58,390 bases of DNA from Acidobacteria bacterium RIFCSPLOWO2_12_FULL_67_14b (GTDB lineage: Bacteria > Acidobacteriota > Vicinamibacteria > Vicinamibacterales > UBA2999): NCBI GenBank assembly GCA_001768615.1, contig MELE01000078.1, positions 1 through 58,390 of the forward strand, read 5' to 3'. This document shows, in pieces, positions 18,539 through 27,619 of the stretch (position 1 is its first letter; each line of letters starts with the position of its first letter). Below the pieces are notes generated by a model, which was not told where the DNA came from, made no database searches, and saw nothing but the letters and a program-made list of their open reading frames with translations. The position numbers were made by a program, and so were the translations under genes.

Positions 18539-19192
18539 CTAGAACACGCGGGCGTGCGGCACCGGCCACCAGCGGATCTGCACCTTCCCGATGATGTACT
18601 TCTTGGGCACGAACCCCCAGTGACGGCTGTCGGAACTGTTGTTCCGGTGATCGCCCATCACGAAGTAGTAGCCCTCGGGAATGACCTGCGGACCCCAGTC
18701 GTCGTGGCTCCGGTACTCGGCGGGCACGAAGTCGTCTCGCACCGGCACATCGTTCACGTAGACCCGGCCGTCGACCACGCGCACCGTGTCGCCTTCCTCG
18801 GCGATCACGCGCTTGACGAACGACTTGTCGGGGTTGAGCGGGTAGTACAGCATCACGATGTCGCCGCGCTGCGGGGCGCCGAGGCGATAGCGGAGCTTGT
18901 TGACGATCAGGCGATCCTGGTCGGCCAGCGTCGGCGCCATGCTCTGGCCCTCGACGCGCGCGACCTGGAACCCGAACGTCACGATCAGCGTGGCGTAGAC
19001 CGCGGCCGAAGCGAGCGTGCGGACCCAGGCGAAGAACTCGTCGCGCCACATTGCCATGCGGCGCATCAGCGCGGCCGAGTCGTCCATCGCCATCGCCAGC
19101 GGGATGGGCGTCGGGTTGCCGAAACGATCGAGGGCGTCCCCGGCCCGGACTTCAGGCACGGGGGCGGTTTCGTCGCCGGGGTCGGCAAACAC
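18539..19192 (-). CDS. lepB: Signal peptidase I
   Basis: VEGQSMAPTL, FVKRVIA, YFVMGDHRNNSSDSRHWG. Start uncertain (GTG 19192 overlaps the upstream stop). Confidence 0.9.
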   Translation of the reverse strand: MFADPGDETAPVPEVRAGDALDRFGNPTPIPLAMAMDDSAALMRRMAMWRDEFFAWVRTLASAAVYATLIVTFGFQVARVEGQSMAPTLADQDRLIVNKLRYRLGAPQRGDIVMLYYPLNPDKSFVKRVIAEEGDTVRVVDGRVYVNDVPVRDDFVPAEYRSHDDWGPQVIPEGYYFVMGDHRNNSSDSRHWGFVPKKYIIGKVQIRWWPVPHARVF

Positions 19193-19998
19193 TACAGCTT
19201 CAGGTAGTCCCGAAGGCGCCGCGTTTGCGATCGGCTGACGGGGATTTCCGTCGCCTTCGCGTCGGTCATCCTCAGGAGGTAGTTCCGGCTGAACCAAGGC
19301 ACGATCTCCTTCACCTTGTTGATGTTGACCAGGTGCGACCGGTGAACCCGCCAAAACACGTCCGGATCCAGCCGCGCCTGCAATTCGTCCAGGGTCCGGT
19401 CGTTCGACGTGCCCGACACCTGTCCGGTAACAATAGTAATCGAATCCTCGGCCAGCGACGCGTGGATGATGTCGTCGGCCTGCACGAGTACAAATCTGTC
19501 GTTTACCTTGACGGCCACCTGCTCCGGCCGATCTTTCTGACCCGCGATCAGGCGTACCAGACGATCCAACTGGCCGGCCAGCGGCTCGTTTTCGCTGCGC
19601 CGCTTCCGGGCGCGCGCCACGGCCAGCTCCAGGCGCGCCGCGTCGACGGGCTTGAGCAGGTAGTCGACGGCGTTGACCTCGAAGGCCTCGATCGCGCGCT
19701 GATCGTAGGCTGTGACGAAGATCACACCCGGGCTGGTTCCCAGTTCGATCAGACGCCGGGCGACCTCGAAGCCGGTCAGGCCCGGCATCTGGACGTCGAG
19801 AAAGGCCAAGTCGGGCGCGTGCCGCCCGATCTCGTCGAGGGCCTCCATGCCGTTGGCGGCCTGGCCCACCACGTCGACGCCGTCGATCTGTTCGAGCAGG
19901 AAGCACAGTTCTTCCCGCGCCAGTTGCTCGTCGTCGGCGACGACGGCCTTCAAGAGCGTGCCGGGGGGCCTGAGGGCCGGCTGGCCGGAGGCGGTCAT
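19192..19998 (-). CDS. LytTR family response regulator
   Basis: ADDEQLAR, FLDVQMP, FVTAYD, DYLLKP, FWRVHRSHLVN, IPVSRS. Confidence 0.93.
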   Translation of the reverse strand: MTASGQPALRPPGTLLKAVVADDEQLAREELCFLLEQIDGVDVVGQAANGMEALDEIGRHAPDLAFLDVQMPGLTGFEVARRLIELGTSPGVIFVTAYDQRAIEAFEVNAVDYLLKPVDAARLELAVARARKRRSENEPLAGQLDRLVRLIAGQKDRPEQVAVKVNDRFVLVQADDIIHASLAEDSITIVTGQVSGTSNDRTLDELQARLDPDVFWRVHRSHLVNINKVKEIVPWFSRNYLLRMTDAKATEIPVSRSQTRRLRDYLKL

Positions 19999-21314
19999 GC
20001 GGTGATGCGCTCGCTGGCCACGTCGAGCGGGATTTCGACGCGGGCGCAGACGCCCTTGCCGGGCGCGCCCGTGATGGTGAGGCGGCCGGTGGCGCCGTAG
20101 AGCACACGGAGCCGCTCGTGCACGTTGCTCAAGCCGATGCCGCTGGACATCGCGCTTTTCATCCGCTCCTCGGAAATGCCGAGCCCGTCGTCTTCCACTT
20201 CGATGACGGCGGTTCCGCCCTCGCGCCGGCTGCGCAGCGTCACCGTGCCGGGGCCGACCTTCCGCGCAAACCCGTGCTTGATGCAGTTCTCCACCAGCGG
20301 CTGCAGCAGCAGGCTGGGGACGATGGTGTCGAGCGTGTCGGGCGCGATGGCCTTCCGCACCGTGAGGCGCGAGCCGAAACGGATGACCTCGATGTCGAGG
20401 TACTCGTCGATGGACACCAGTTCGTCGCGCAGCGTGACGAACTGCTCCTGGTTCTGCATCAGCTTGCGGAGCAGGCCCGAAAGCTTCTGGATGACCATGC
20501 GCGCGGTCTCGGGCTGCGAGCGGATGAGCGACGAGACCGACGTCAGGGTGTTGAAGAGGAAGTGCGGGTTGATCTGGCTCTTGAGCGCCTCGACCTTCGC
20601 CGCCATCAGCAGCTTTTCCTGTTCCTGGAGGCGGTGCTCGATGCGGGCGTTGTTCCAGATCTTGATCGGCGTCGACACGGTCACGATCGTGGCGACGTAG
20701 ACGAGCGCGGTGATCCACCAGGACGGGTCCGCGAGGTGGAAGAGCCGCGCGTGGCCGAAGCGCGCGCCCACGGTTTGCCGGATCACTTCGAGGCCGATGA
20801 TGGCGAGCAGCAGCACGACCTGCCAGTTCACCTGGAGATCGCGCAGCATCCGCCAGACGTGGCGGGGCAGGCTCAGGACGCCGAACGGCGAGAAGCTCCA
20901 GATCTCTTCCTTGGGGCAGGCCTCGCGCAGGCCGCCGCCGGCAAACCCGCAGCCCACGGCAAAGGCGAGGGCGCCGTACTCGCCGGCCGCGAGCGCCGGC
21001 AGGCTCATCACCAGGCCGACGATCGCCCCGGTGTAGGGGCCGGCAATCAGGCCCGCGAGGAACGCGCCTTCGAGCGACAGGTCCGCCGCATCGTAATTGA
21101 GGAGCACGCGCGAGGCGACCCCGGCCGTGAGCGGGACCGCCAGGCCCAGCGCAAAGACGAGACGGTCGGGCCAGTTGCGCTGCTCGAAGATCAGGATGTG
21201 CCGGAAGCGGCGGTAGCGCGCGAGCATCGTGGCCAGCGCCGCCATGGCGCCCAGCTTCACGACGAGGGTCGTGAGCAGGAACTGTCCGGCAGAGAGGAAT
21301 TTGGCTTCTTGCAC
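19995..21314 (-). CDS. LytS-type membrane sensor histidine kinase
   Basis: Multiple TM helices; LKSQINPHFLFNTL, LQPLVENCIKHG, EDDGLG, GIGLSNV. Start placed at GTG 21314. Confidence 0.9.
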   Translation of the reverse strand: MQEAKFLSAGQFLLTTLVVKLGAMAALATMLARYRRFRHILIFEQRNWPDRLVFALGLAVPLTAGVASRVLLNYDAADLSLEGAFLAGLIAGPYTGAIVGLVMSLPALAAGEYGALAFAVGCGFAGGGLREACPKEEIWSFSPFGVLSLPRHVWRMLRDLQVNWQVVLLLAIIGLEVIRQTVGARFGHARLFHLADPSWWITALVYVATIVTVSTPIKIWNNARIEHRLQEQEKLLMAAKVEALKSQINPHFLFNTLTSVSSLIRSQPETARMVIQKLSGLLRKLMQNQEQFVTLRDELVSIDEYLDIEVIRFGSRLTVRKAIAPDTLDTIVPSLLLQPLVENCIKHGFARKVGPGTVTLRSRREGGTAVIEVEDDGLGISEERMKSAMSSGIGLSNVHERLRVLYGATGRLTITGAPGKGVCARVEIPLDVASERITA

Positions 21315-21326
21315 AACCGCCTGGAC

Positions 21327-21352
21327 GGACGGACCTAAAGGTCCGTCCTTAC
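21327..21352 (-). repeat. REP-like hairpin GTAA-GGACGGACC-TTTA-GGTCCGTCC
   Basis: Perfect 9-bp stem, TTTA loop and GTAR foot; same architecture as 30815-30840. Confidence 0.7.
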
Positions 21353-21405
21353 ACCGATAGTCGTCACGACACCGGGATCGGCACGAAATGGTATCATTTC
21401 CTTCT

Positions 21406-21852
21406 ATGCTCGGTCCGCTCGCGAAAGGTTTTGCCCTCACGTTCAGGCACCTGTTCCGCCGTCCCATCACGGTGAACTACCCCGATCAGAAGGTCCCGAT
21501 GTTCCCGAGATACCGGGGCAAACAGGTGCTCATGCGGGACGAGAACGGGCTGGAGAAGTGCGTGGCCTGCGGCTTGTGCGCCGTGGCGTGCCCGGCCGAC
21601 GCGATTTACCTCGAGGCGGCGGAGAACGACGGCACCGTGATGGCCGGCCCGCGCTACGCGTCGACGTACCAGATTCACAAGACGCGGTGCATCTTCTGCG
21701 GCTACTGTGAAGAGGCGTGCCCGGTGGCGGCGATCTTCATGGGCAAGGACTACGAACTGGCCGTCTACAGCAAGGACGATTTCGTGTGGGACAAGACCGA
21801 ACTGCTGGTTCCGGCCGCGGCCAATCAGAAGGCGCCGATGCCGGCCCGATAG
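21406..21852 (+). CDS. nuoI: NADH-quinone oxidoreductase subunit I (stand-alone)
   Basis: TVNYP, RYRG, EKCVACGLCAVACPADAI, RCIFCGYCEEACPVAAI (2x[4Fe-4S]). Confidence 0.9.
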   Translation: MLGPLAKGFALTFRHLFRRPITVNYPDQKVPMFPRYRGKQVLMRDENGLEKCVACGLCAVACPADAIYLEAAENDGTVMAGPRYASTYQIHKTRCIFCGYCEEACPVAAIFMGKDYELAVYSKDDFVWDKTELLVPAAANQKAPMPAR

Positions 21853-21855
21853 ATC

Positions 21856-21878
21856 GGGGTCAGGTGTGACCTGACCCC
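21856..21878. terminator. GC hairpin GGGGTCAGG-tgtga-CCTGACCCC after nuoI (terminator or REP-like)
   Basis: Perfect 9-bp stem; no U-tract. Confidence 0.45.
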
Positions 21879-21888
21879 ATTCCAACCA

Positions 21889-23739
21889 GTGAAGCCCTTT
21901 CTTGAAGCGTTAGATGAACGTGTGCTCGTGTGCGATGGCGCCATGGGGACGATGCTGTACGCGAAGGGCGTCTTCATCAACCGGTGCTTCGAGTCGCTCA
22001 ACCTGAGCCAGCCCGGCCTGGTCGTCGACGTGCACCAGGACTACCTGCGCGCCGGGGCCGACGTGATCGAGACCAACACATTTGGCGCCAACCGGATGAA
22101 GTTACGGGCGTTCGGCCTGGGCGACCAGGTCCGCGACATCAACCTCGCCGGCGCGGCGCTGGCCCGCAAGGCGGTGGAGCAGTCGGGGCAGCGGGCGTAC
22201 GTGGCCGGCGCGATGGGTCCGCTGGGCGTCCGCATCGAGCCGTGGGGCAAGACCGGCGTCGACGAAGCCGAAGCCATGTTCCGCGAACAGGCGCAAGCCC
22301 TGCTCGACGGCAAGGTCGACCTGTTCGTGCTCGAGACCTTCCGCGACCTGAACGAGATCGGCGCCGCCATTGCCGCCGTGCGCGCCGTCTGCGACCTGCC
22401 GATCGTGGCGCAGATGACCACCGAAGAAGACGGCGCCAGCCTCGACGGGGCGCCGCCCGAGCAGTTTGCGCCGGCGCTGATCGCGCGCGGCGCCAACGTC
22501 GTCGGCGTGAACTGCAGCGTGGGTCCCGCGCCGATGCTCGAGACCATCGATCGCATCAGCGAGGTGACCGACGTGTGGCTGTCGGCGCAGCCCAACGCGG
22601 GCAAGCCGCGCGACATCGAGGGCCGCAACCTGTATTTGTGCTCGCCCGAATACATGGCGTCTTACGCGCGACGCTTCATCGCCTCCGGCGTACGCCTCGT
22701 GGGGGGCTGCTGCGGCACGACGCCGGAGCACATCCGGCAGATCAGTCTGGCCGCGCGGTCGATGGCGCCGGGCCTCGCGCGGCACCACGGCGGCACCCCG
22801 GAGGTCCGCACGCCGGTGGCCAGCCAGCCCAACGCCCGCCCCGCGCTCCCGCGTGAAGCCAAGTCGACGATGGCGCGGAAGCTGGTGAATGGCGGGTTCA
22901 TCCGCGCGATCGAACTGGTGCCGCCGCGCGGCCACGCGCCCACCGCGGCCCTGGCCGATGCGTCGCGCCTCAAGGCGCGCGGCGTGGATGTGGTGACCAT
23001 TCCCGACGGCCCGCGATCGGGCGCGCGGATGAGCGCGCTGTCGCTGGCCGTGCTGGTGCAACAACATGCGCAGGTCGAGGCGCTGCTGCAGTATTCGTGT
23101 CGCGATCGGAACCTGCTGGGCATCCAGTCGGACCTGCTCGGCGCCCACGCGATGGGCGTGCGCAACCTGCTCGGCGTGACCGGTGATGTCCGCACGCTCG
23201 GCGACATCCCCGACGCTACAGCGGTGTTCGACGTCGATTCGATCGGACTCACCAACGTGATTACCCGTCTCAACCATGGACTGGACATTGGCGGCCAGTC
23301 CATCGGGGAACCGACGTCCTTTCACACCGGTGTGATGGTGAACCCGTCACGCGATCTCGATCAGGAACTGCGGCGGCTGGAGTTCAAGGTGGAGGCCGGC
23401 GCCGAATTCGCGGTAACGAGGCCCGTGTTCGATGTGTCCGCCTTCGAACGCTTCCTCGCCCGGGTGTCAGGCCTCGGCATTCCCATCATCGTGGGGATCT
23501 GGCCGTTCGAAAGCGCGATCAACGCGGAGTTCATGGCCAACGAGGTGCCCGGCGTGACCGTGCCCGACGCTCTGGTGGAGCGGATGCGGCGCACCAGCAG
23601 CGCGGAGCAGGCCCGCGCGGAAGGCGTGAAAGTGGCGCAGGAACTCGCTGAGGCCATGAAGGACATGGCCGCGGGCGTACAAATCGCAACGCCGTCGGGC
23701 CGCCTGGACGCGGCCCTCGACGTGCTCGACGTGGTATAG
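21889..23739 (+). CDS. yitJ: Bifunctional homocysteine S-methyltransferase / methylenetetrahydrofolate reductase
   Basis: DGAMGT, ETNTFGAN, GVNCSVGP, GGCCGTTPEHI; C-terminal MTHFR-like CRDRNLLGIQSDLLGA, VFDVDS. Confidence 0.9.
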   Translation: MKPFLEALDERVLVCDGAMGTMLYAKGVFINRCFESLNLSQPGLVVDVHQDYLRAGADVIETNTFGANRMKLRAFGLGDQVRDINLAGAALARKAVEQSGQRAYVAGAMGPLGVRIEPWGKTGVDEAEAMFREQAQALLDGKVDLFVLETFRDLNEIGAAIAAVRAVCDLPIVAQMTTEEDGASLDGAPPEQFAPALIARGANVVGVNCSVGPAPMLETIDRISEVTDVWLSAQPNAGKPRDIEGRNLYLCSPEYMASYARRFIASGVRLVGGCCGTTPEHIRQISLAARSMAPGLARHHGGTPEVRTPVASQPNARPALPREAKSTMARKLVNGGFIRAIELVPPRGHAPTAALADASRLKARGVDVVTIPDGPRSGARMSALSLAVLVQQHAQVEALLQYSCRDRNLLGIQSDLLGAHAMGVRNLLGVTGDVRTLGDIPDATAVFDVDSIGLTNVITRLNHGLDIGGQSIGEPTSFHTGVMVNPSRDLDQELRRLEFKVEAGAEFAVTRPVFDVSAFERFLARVSGLGIPIIVGIWPFESAINAEFMANEVPGVTVPDALVERMRRTSSAEQARAEGVKVAQELAEAMKDMAAGVQIATPSGRLDAALDVLDVV

Positions 23740-23767
23740 TCCGGTCCGGTTCGGAAAGTGTAGATAT

Positions 23768-24451
23768 ATGGCCCTATTTGATACAGAAACACGGCGCTCG
23801 GGCGATGCAGCGACCAGGGCCCTGTCGGTCACAACGGTCGAGACCGACTTTGTCGAGAAGGTCTACCAGAACATCGCCAAGGTGTACGACTACACGTATG
23901 GCCCGACGCTGCATCCGGGCCGGCTGGAAGCCATCGAGAAGATGGCCATCCGCCCCGGCACCCACGTGCTCGAAGTGGGCGTGGGCACCGGCATCAACCT
24001 GTCGCTCTATCCCCGCAACTGCCGCGTGACCGGCATCGACCTGTCGAGCAAGATGCTCGAACGGGCGCAGGAGCGCATCGATTCCAAGGGCCTGCATCAC
24101 TGCGAGCTGGCGGAGATGGATGCGACGCAGCTGAAGTTCGCGGACAACTCCTTCGACGTCGTGTATGCGCCCTACGTGATCAGCGTGGTGCCCGATCCGG
24201 TGGCGGTGGCGCGCGAGATGTATCGGGTGTGCCGCCCCGGCGGCCGTGTGATCATCCTCAATCACTTCAAGAGCGCGAACCCCCTCATGGGGCGGATCGA
24301 GCGCGCAATCTCGCCGATGACCGTGCACATCGGCTTCACGGCCGACCTGGACCTGCCGGCGTTCCTCGCGCAGGCCGACCTCCACCCGGTGTCGATGGAG
24401 AAGGTGAACGTCCCGAGAATGTGGACGCTCGTCACCGTCGTGAAAGACTAG
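23768..24451 (+). CDS. SAM-dependent methyltransferase, phosphatidylethanolamine N-methyltransferase (PmtA)-like
   Basis: VLEVGVGTGINL, GIDLS, YVISVVPDP, ILNHF. Confidence 0.75.
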   Translation: MALFDTETRRSGDAATRALSVTTVETDFVEKVYQNIAKVYDYTYGPTLHPGRLEAIEKMAIRPGTHVLEVGVGTGINLSLYPRNCRVTGIDLSSKMLERAQERIDSKGLHHCELAEMDATQLKFADNSFDVVYAPYVISVVPDPVAVAREMYRVCRPGGRVIILNHFKSANPLMGRIERAISPMTVHIGFTADLDLPAFLAQADLHPVSMEKVNVPRMWTLVTVVKD

Positions 24452-24899
24452 CCAGCACGTCCTCTTTCAGGATTACGAACAGGCCCTGCCCCTCGGTGAC
24501 GACCAGTCCCGAGGGGTCTTTCATGTGCGCCCGGGCGTAGACCTTCCGCCCCTCGACCTTTTCGATCCAGGCCTCGACCGTCGTGTCGGTGCCGATCGGC
24601 AGCAAGCCCACAAACGAGATCGAGATCTGCGCGGCGACGGAGAAATGGCCGTTCATCCAGCTGACGGCGCCCATGCACTCGTCCAGGACGGCGGCCATCG
24701 CGCCGCCGTGCACGTGCCCCGGCGGGCCGAGGGCCCGCGGACCGAACCACGCGCGGGCGTACAAGGTGCCGGCGTCGGGTTTGCGGAAATAGGCGATGCG
24801 GATGCGATCGGCATCGGGCACGAGGAAGGTGCCCTCGGAGTTGGGAAACGGTTCGATCGGTACCCAGCCTGGTTCGGCGGTCGCGACAGGTGCGGACAT
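24432..24899 (-). CDS. PaaI/hotdog-fold thioesterase
   Basis: GPPGHVHGGAMAAVLDE, EGRKV. Confidence 0.85.
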   Translation of the reverse strand: MSAPVATAEPGWVPIEPFPNSEGTFLVPDADRIRIAYFRKPDAGTLYARAWFGPRALGPPGHVHGGAMAAVLDECMGAVSWMNGHFSVAAQISISFVGLLPIGTDTTVEAWIEKVEGRKVYARAHMKDPSGLVVTEGQGLFVILKEDVLASLSRR

Positions 24900-24920
24900 T
24901 ACTTCAGATGATATCTGCCG

Positions 24921-25100
24921 GGCGGCACTTCCTGACGGGGCGGCACTCCTTGACGGGAAGAGCCTTGGGACGCGAGAGAAGCATCTGGCCGTGCAGGTAG
25001 CCCGGGTTAAAGGTCTTCGACAGGTTCTTTACGACAAGAAGTGCCCCCCGTCGAGCAGCGCCGTCCCGTCAAGCGGTGCCGCCCCGTCAAGAAGTGCCCC
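24921..25100. repeat. 18-bp repeat cassette: 2 copies (CGGCACTTCCTGACGGGG) facing ~4 inverted copies, with ~70 bp between
   Basis: Copies at 24923 and 24941; reverse-complement copies cccgtcaagaagtgcc-like from ~25031 to 25100. Confidence 0.75.
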
Positions 25101-25120
25101 CGGCACGTTACAATGAGCAC

Positions 25121-25531
25121 GTGTCCTTAGACGAAAAGGCCTTCTTCACCGAGCGGCCGGAGACTCGTCCGGCGAAGTACCCGTGCCCGCGGTGCAAGCG
25201 TACCAACGAGTACGCCATTCGCTGGGTCCGCCGGACCAAGAAGGACCGCGCCCCGCAGGGCGCCGACGCGAACGATCGCGCAAAATTCGACAAGCTGCGC
25301 GATCACCTGCTCCGCCTGGACGACGAGGTCACGTGCAAGACGTGCGGGAAGAAGTTCGAGGTGCCCTCACTGCACTCGCTGATGTTCGTCGACCAGCTCG
25401 AGGGCCTGCCGAAGGATGAAGAGGCGGACGAGACCGAGGCCACCGAAGCGCCCGGTAAGCCCATGGACGCCACCACCCGCGCGGCACTGCCGGCGCGGTT
25501 CACGCGGCCGACCAAAGGCTGGCGAGGCTAG
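25121..25531 (+). CDS. Hypothetical protein with two CxxC pairs (zinc-ribbon-like)
   Basis: CPRC...CKTC; TACAAT 6 nt upstream of the GTG start. Confidence 0.7.
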   Translation: MSLDEKAFFTERPETRPAKYPCPRCKRTNEYAIRWVRRTKKDRAPQGADANDRAKFDKLRDHLLRLDDEVTCKTCGKKFEVPSLHSLMFVDQLEGLPKDEEADETEATEAPGKPMDATTRAALPARFTRPTKGWRG

Positions 25532-25532
25532 T

Positions 25533-25602
25533 AGATCTCAGATCTCAGATCTCAGATCTCAGATTTCAGATTTCGGATTTCGGATTTCGGATTTCGGGTT
25601 TA
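25533..25602. repeat. Heptamer array drifting AGATCTC x4, AGATTTC x2, GGATTTC x3
   Basis: Seen directly between convergent stops. Confidence 0.9.
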
Positions 25603-26289
25603 CCAGACGCCGGGAACCAGCCGCGACCGGACCTGTCGCTGGTAGGTCCGGTACCTGTCGCCGAAGGCCTCGACGAGCGAGGCCTCTTCCCACGGAATGG
25701 CCGCGACCAGATACGCGCCGCTCACCGCCGCGAACAGCAGCTTGCTGGTTGACATGTGCGGCGTCGGCAAGACCATCAGGAACCACCCGAGATAGATCGG
25801 GTGCCGGACGAGGCCGAAGGGGCCGGCGACCCTGAACTCCACGGGCCGTTGGTGATTCGCCTGTCGGACGCCGGCCAGATCGAAGACGTCGATCATGCCG
25901 GCGGCGCGGATCGTGAGCCACACCCCGGCGAGTTGAATGGCCCTCAGCCCCCACCTGAGGGGCCCGTCGGCGTTCCACACCATCCCCGGCAGCGGCTGCC
26001 ACAGCCAGCACACGGCGAGGAAGAGCAGGCTGGCAATCCAGACGTAGACGCTGCGCTCGAGTTCGGGCGGCACGATCCGGCTGATCCAGGCCTTGGCGCC
26101 GCTGCGCGCCATCACGCTGTGGTGAAGGGCGAAGCCGGTGAAGAGCGCGATGTTGCCGAGGAGCGCAAGCGCCAGGGATCCATCGCCGGCCGGACCTGGC
26201 GTGATCAGGCGACGTTCGTAGACGGCCGGCAACGAGAGCAGCGAGGCCACGAAAAGCGCCGCGCCGATCCACGCGAAGGTCTTCCTCAC
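25600..26289 (-). CDS. NnrU/ICMT-like membrane methyltransferase (MddA-like family)
   Basis: FALHHSVMAR, ERSVYV, GPFGLVRHPIYLGW, WEE..L...FGDRY..Y. Confidence 0.75.
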   Translation of the reverse strand: MRKTFAWIGAALFVASLLSLPAVYERRLITPGPAGDGSLALALLGNIALFTGFALHHSVMARSGAKAWISRIVPPELERSVYVWIASLLFLAVCWLWQPLPGMVWNADGPLRWGLRAIQLAGVWLTIRAAGMIDVFDLAGVRQANHQRPVEFRVAGPFGLVRHPIYLGWFLMVLPTPHMSTSKLLFAAVSGAYLVAAIPWEEASLVEAFGDRYRTYQRQVRSRLVPGVW

Positions 26290-26307
26290 GAACGCTATTA
26301 TAGGGAC
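26290..26307. promoter_or_regulatory. Overlapping bidirectional -10 boxes (leaderless divergent promoters)
   Basis: TATTAT (+, 26296-26301) 6 nt before TTG 26308; TATAAT (-, 26302-26297) 7 nt before GTG 26289. Confidence 0.6.
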
Positions 26308-27576
26308 TTGGCGTCACCGAGGGTCGCAATCACCGGCATCGGCGTTGTCTCGACGTTCGGCGTCGGGCGCGAAGTGTACTGGGACGCGATCCGCCGCGGG
26401 CACAGCGGCACGCGGGCCATCACCGACTTCGACGTCTCGACCTATCCGTGCCGGGTCGCGGCCGCGGTGCCGAAGCTCGACATCAGCGCGGCGATGCCGC
26501 TCGAAGACGAACAGGACCGGCGTGAGACGCGCGCCGATCCGCGGCGGTATTCGCGCGCGGCGCTGTTCGGCGTGATCGCCGCCCGCGAGGCGTGGAACGA
26601 TGCCGGCCTCGCGTTCGGGCAGGCCAACGCCGGCGTGATCATCGGCAGCGGCGGCGGCGGCATCGACATCGGCGAAAAGCAGTACCAGGACTTCTTCACC
26701 AATAACGGCCAGCACGTCACGCCGTATGCCATCGCCGTCGGGATCTGCGGCATGGTGTCGAGCGAGATCTCGATCGCGCTGGGGCTGCACGGGATCAGCC
26801 ACGTGCTCTCGACCGGGTGCACGAGCTCGACCGATGCTCTCGGCTACGCCGCGATGCTGCTCAAGCAGGGCGACTGCGACGTGCTGCTGTCGGGCGGCAC
26901 CGACGGGTGCGTGCTGCCCGGCATGATCTTCGGCTTCTCGCGCATGCGCGCCGTCTCGACCCATTTCAACGACTGCCCGGCGCAGGCGTCGCGGCCATTC
27001 GACCGCGGCCGCGACGGGTTCGTGCTGGGCGAAGGCGCGTGGATGCTGGCGCTCGAGCTCGAGGATCGGGCGCGGGCGCGCGGCGCGCGCGTCTACGCCA
27101 CCATCGAGGGCTACGGCTCGACCTGCGACGCCTACCACCGCGTGCAGATGGATCCGGACGGCGAGCAGATCGTCCGCTGCATGCAGCTGGCGCTCGAACG
27201 ATCGGGCCGGCCGGCCGAAGAGATCGGCTACATCAACTACCACGGCACCTCGACGCAGTTGAACGACGCGATCGAGTCGCGCTGCACGCGCACGGCCTTC
27301 GGCGGCCTGGCCGAGCGCATTCCCGGCTCGTCGATCAAGTCGATGATCGGCCACCCGCAGGGCGCCAGCGGCGCCGCCGGCGTCGTCGCCACGGCGCTGG
27401 CGCTGTCGCGCGGCTTCCTGCCGCCGACGATCAACCAAACGCATCCCGATCCGCAGTGTGACCTCGACGTGATCCCGAACCAGGGCCGCGCGGCGCAGAT
27501 CGAGGCCGCGCTGTGCAACTGCCTCGGCTTCGGATCGAAGAACAGCGCGCTGGTGCTCGGGCGGGCCCATGGATGA
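26308..27576 (+). CDS. Beta-ketoacyl-ACP synthase (FabF / type II PKS KSalpha-like)
   Basis: RVAITGIG, STGCTSSTDA (catalytic Cys), SRPFDRGRDGFVLGEG, YINYHGTST, IKSMIGH, GFGSKN. Confidence 0.88.
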   Translation: MASPRVAITGIGVVSTFGVGREVYWDAIRRGHSGTRAITDFDVSTYPCRVAAAVPKLDISAAMPLEDEQDRRETRADPRRYSRAALFGVIAAREAWNDAGLAFGQANAGVIIGSGGGGIDIGEKQYQDFFTNNGQHVTPYAIAVGICGMVSSEISIALGLHGISHVLSTGCTSSTDALGYAAMLLKQGDCDVLLSGGTDGCVLPGMIFGFSRMRAVSTHFNDCPAQASRPFDRGRDGFVLGEGAWMLALELEDRARARGARVYATIEGYGSTCDAYHRVQMDPDGEQIVRCMQLALERSGRPAEEIGYINYHGTSTQLNDAIESRCTRTAFGGLAERIPGSSIKSMIGHPQGASGAAGVVATALALSRGFLPPTINQTHPDPQCDLDVIPNQGRAAQIEAALCNCLGFGSKNSALVLGRAHG

Positions 27577-27619
27577 TTTGGCGATTGCCCGGGAGCACCT
27601 GGGGGATGCCCATGGATGA
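27569..27619 (+). pseudogene. 16-codon remnant of a deleted operon gene
   Basis: MDDLAIAREHLGDAHG*, coupled at both ends by the identical GCCCATGGATGA start/stop overlap. Confidence 0.35.

Noticed and set aside
18539-20107. 522 aa signal peptidase fusion in the ORF track
   Set aside because: The N-terminal part is an alternative frame of the LytTR gene; LepB starts at or after 19192.
24921-25100. Possible CRISPR array
   Set aside because: The units are 18 bp, contiguous without spacers and in both orientations; no cas genes are present.
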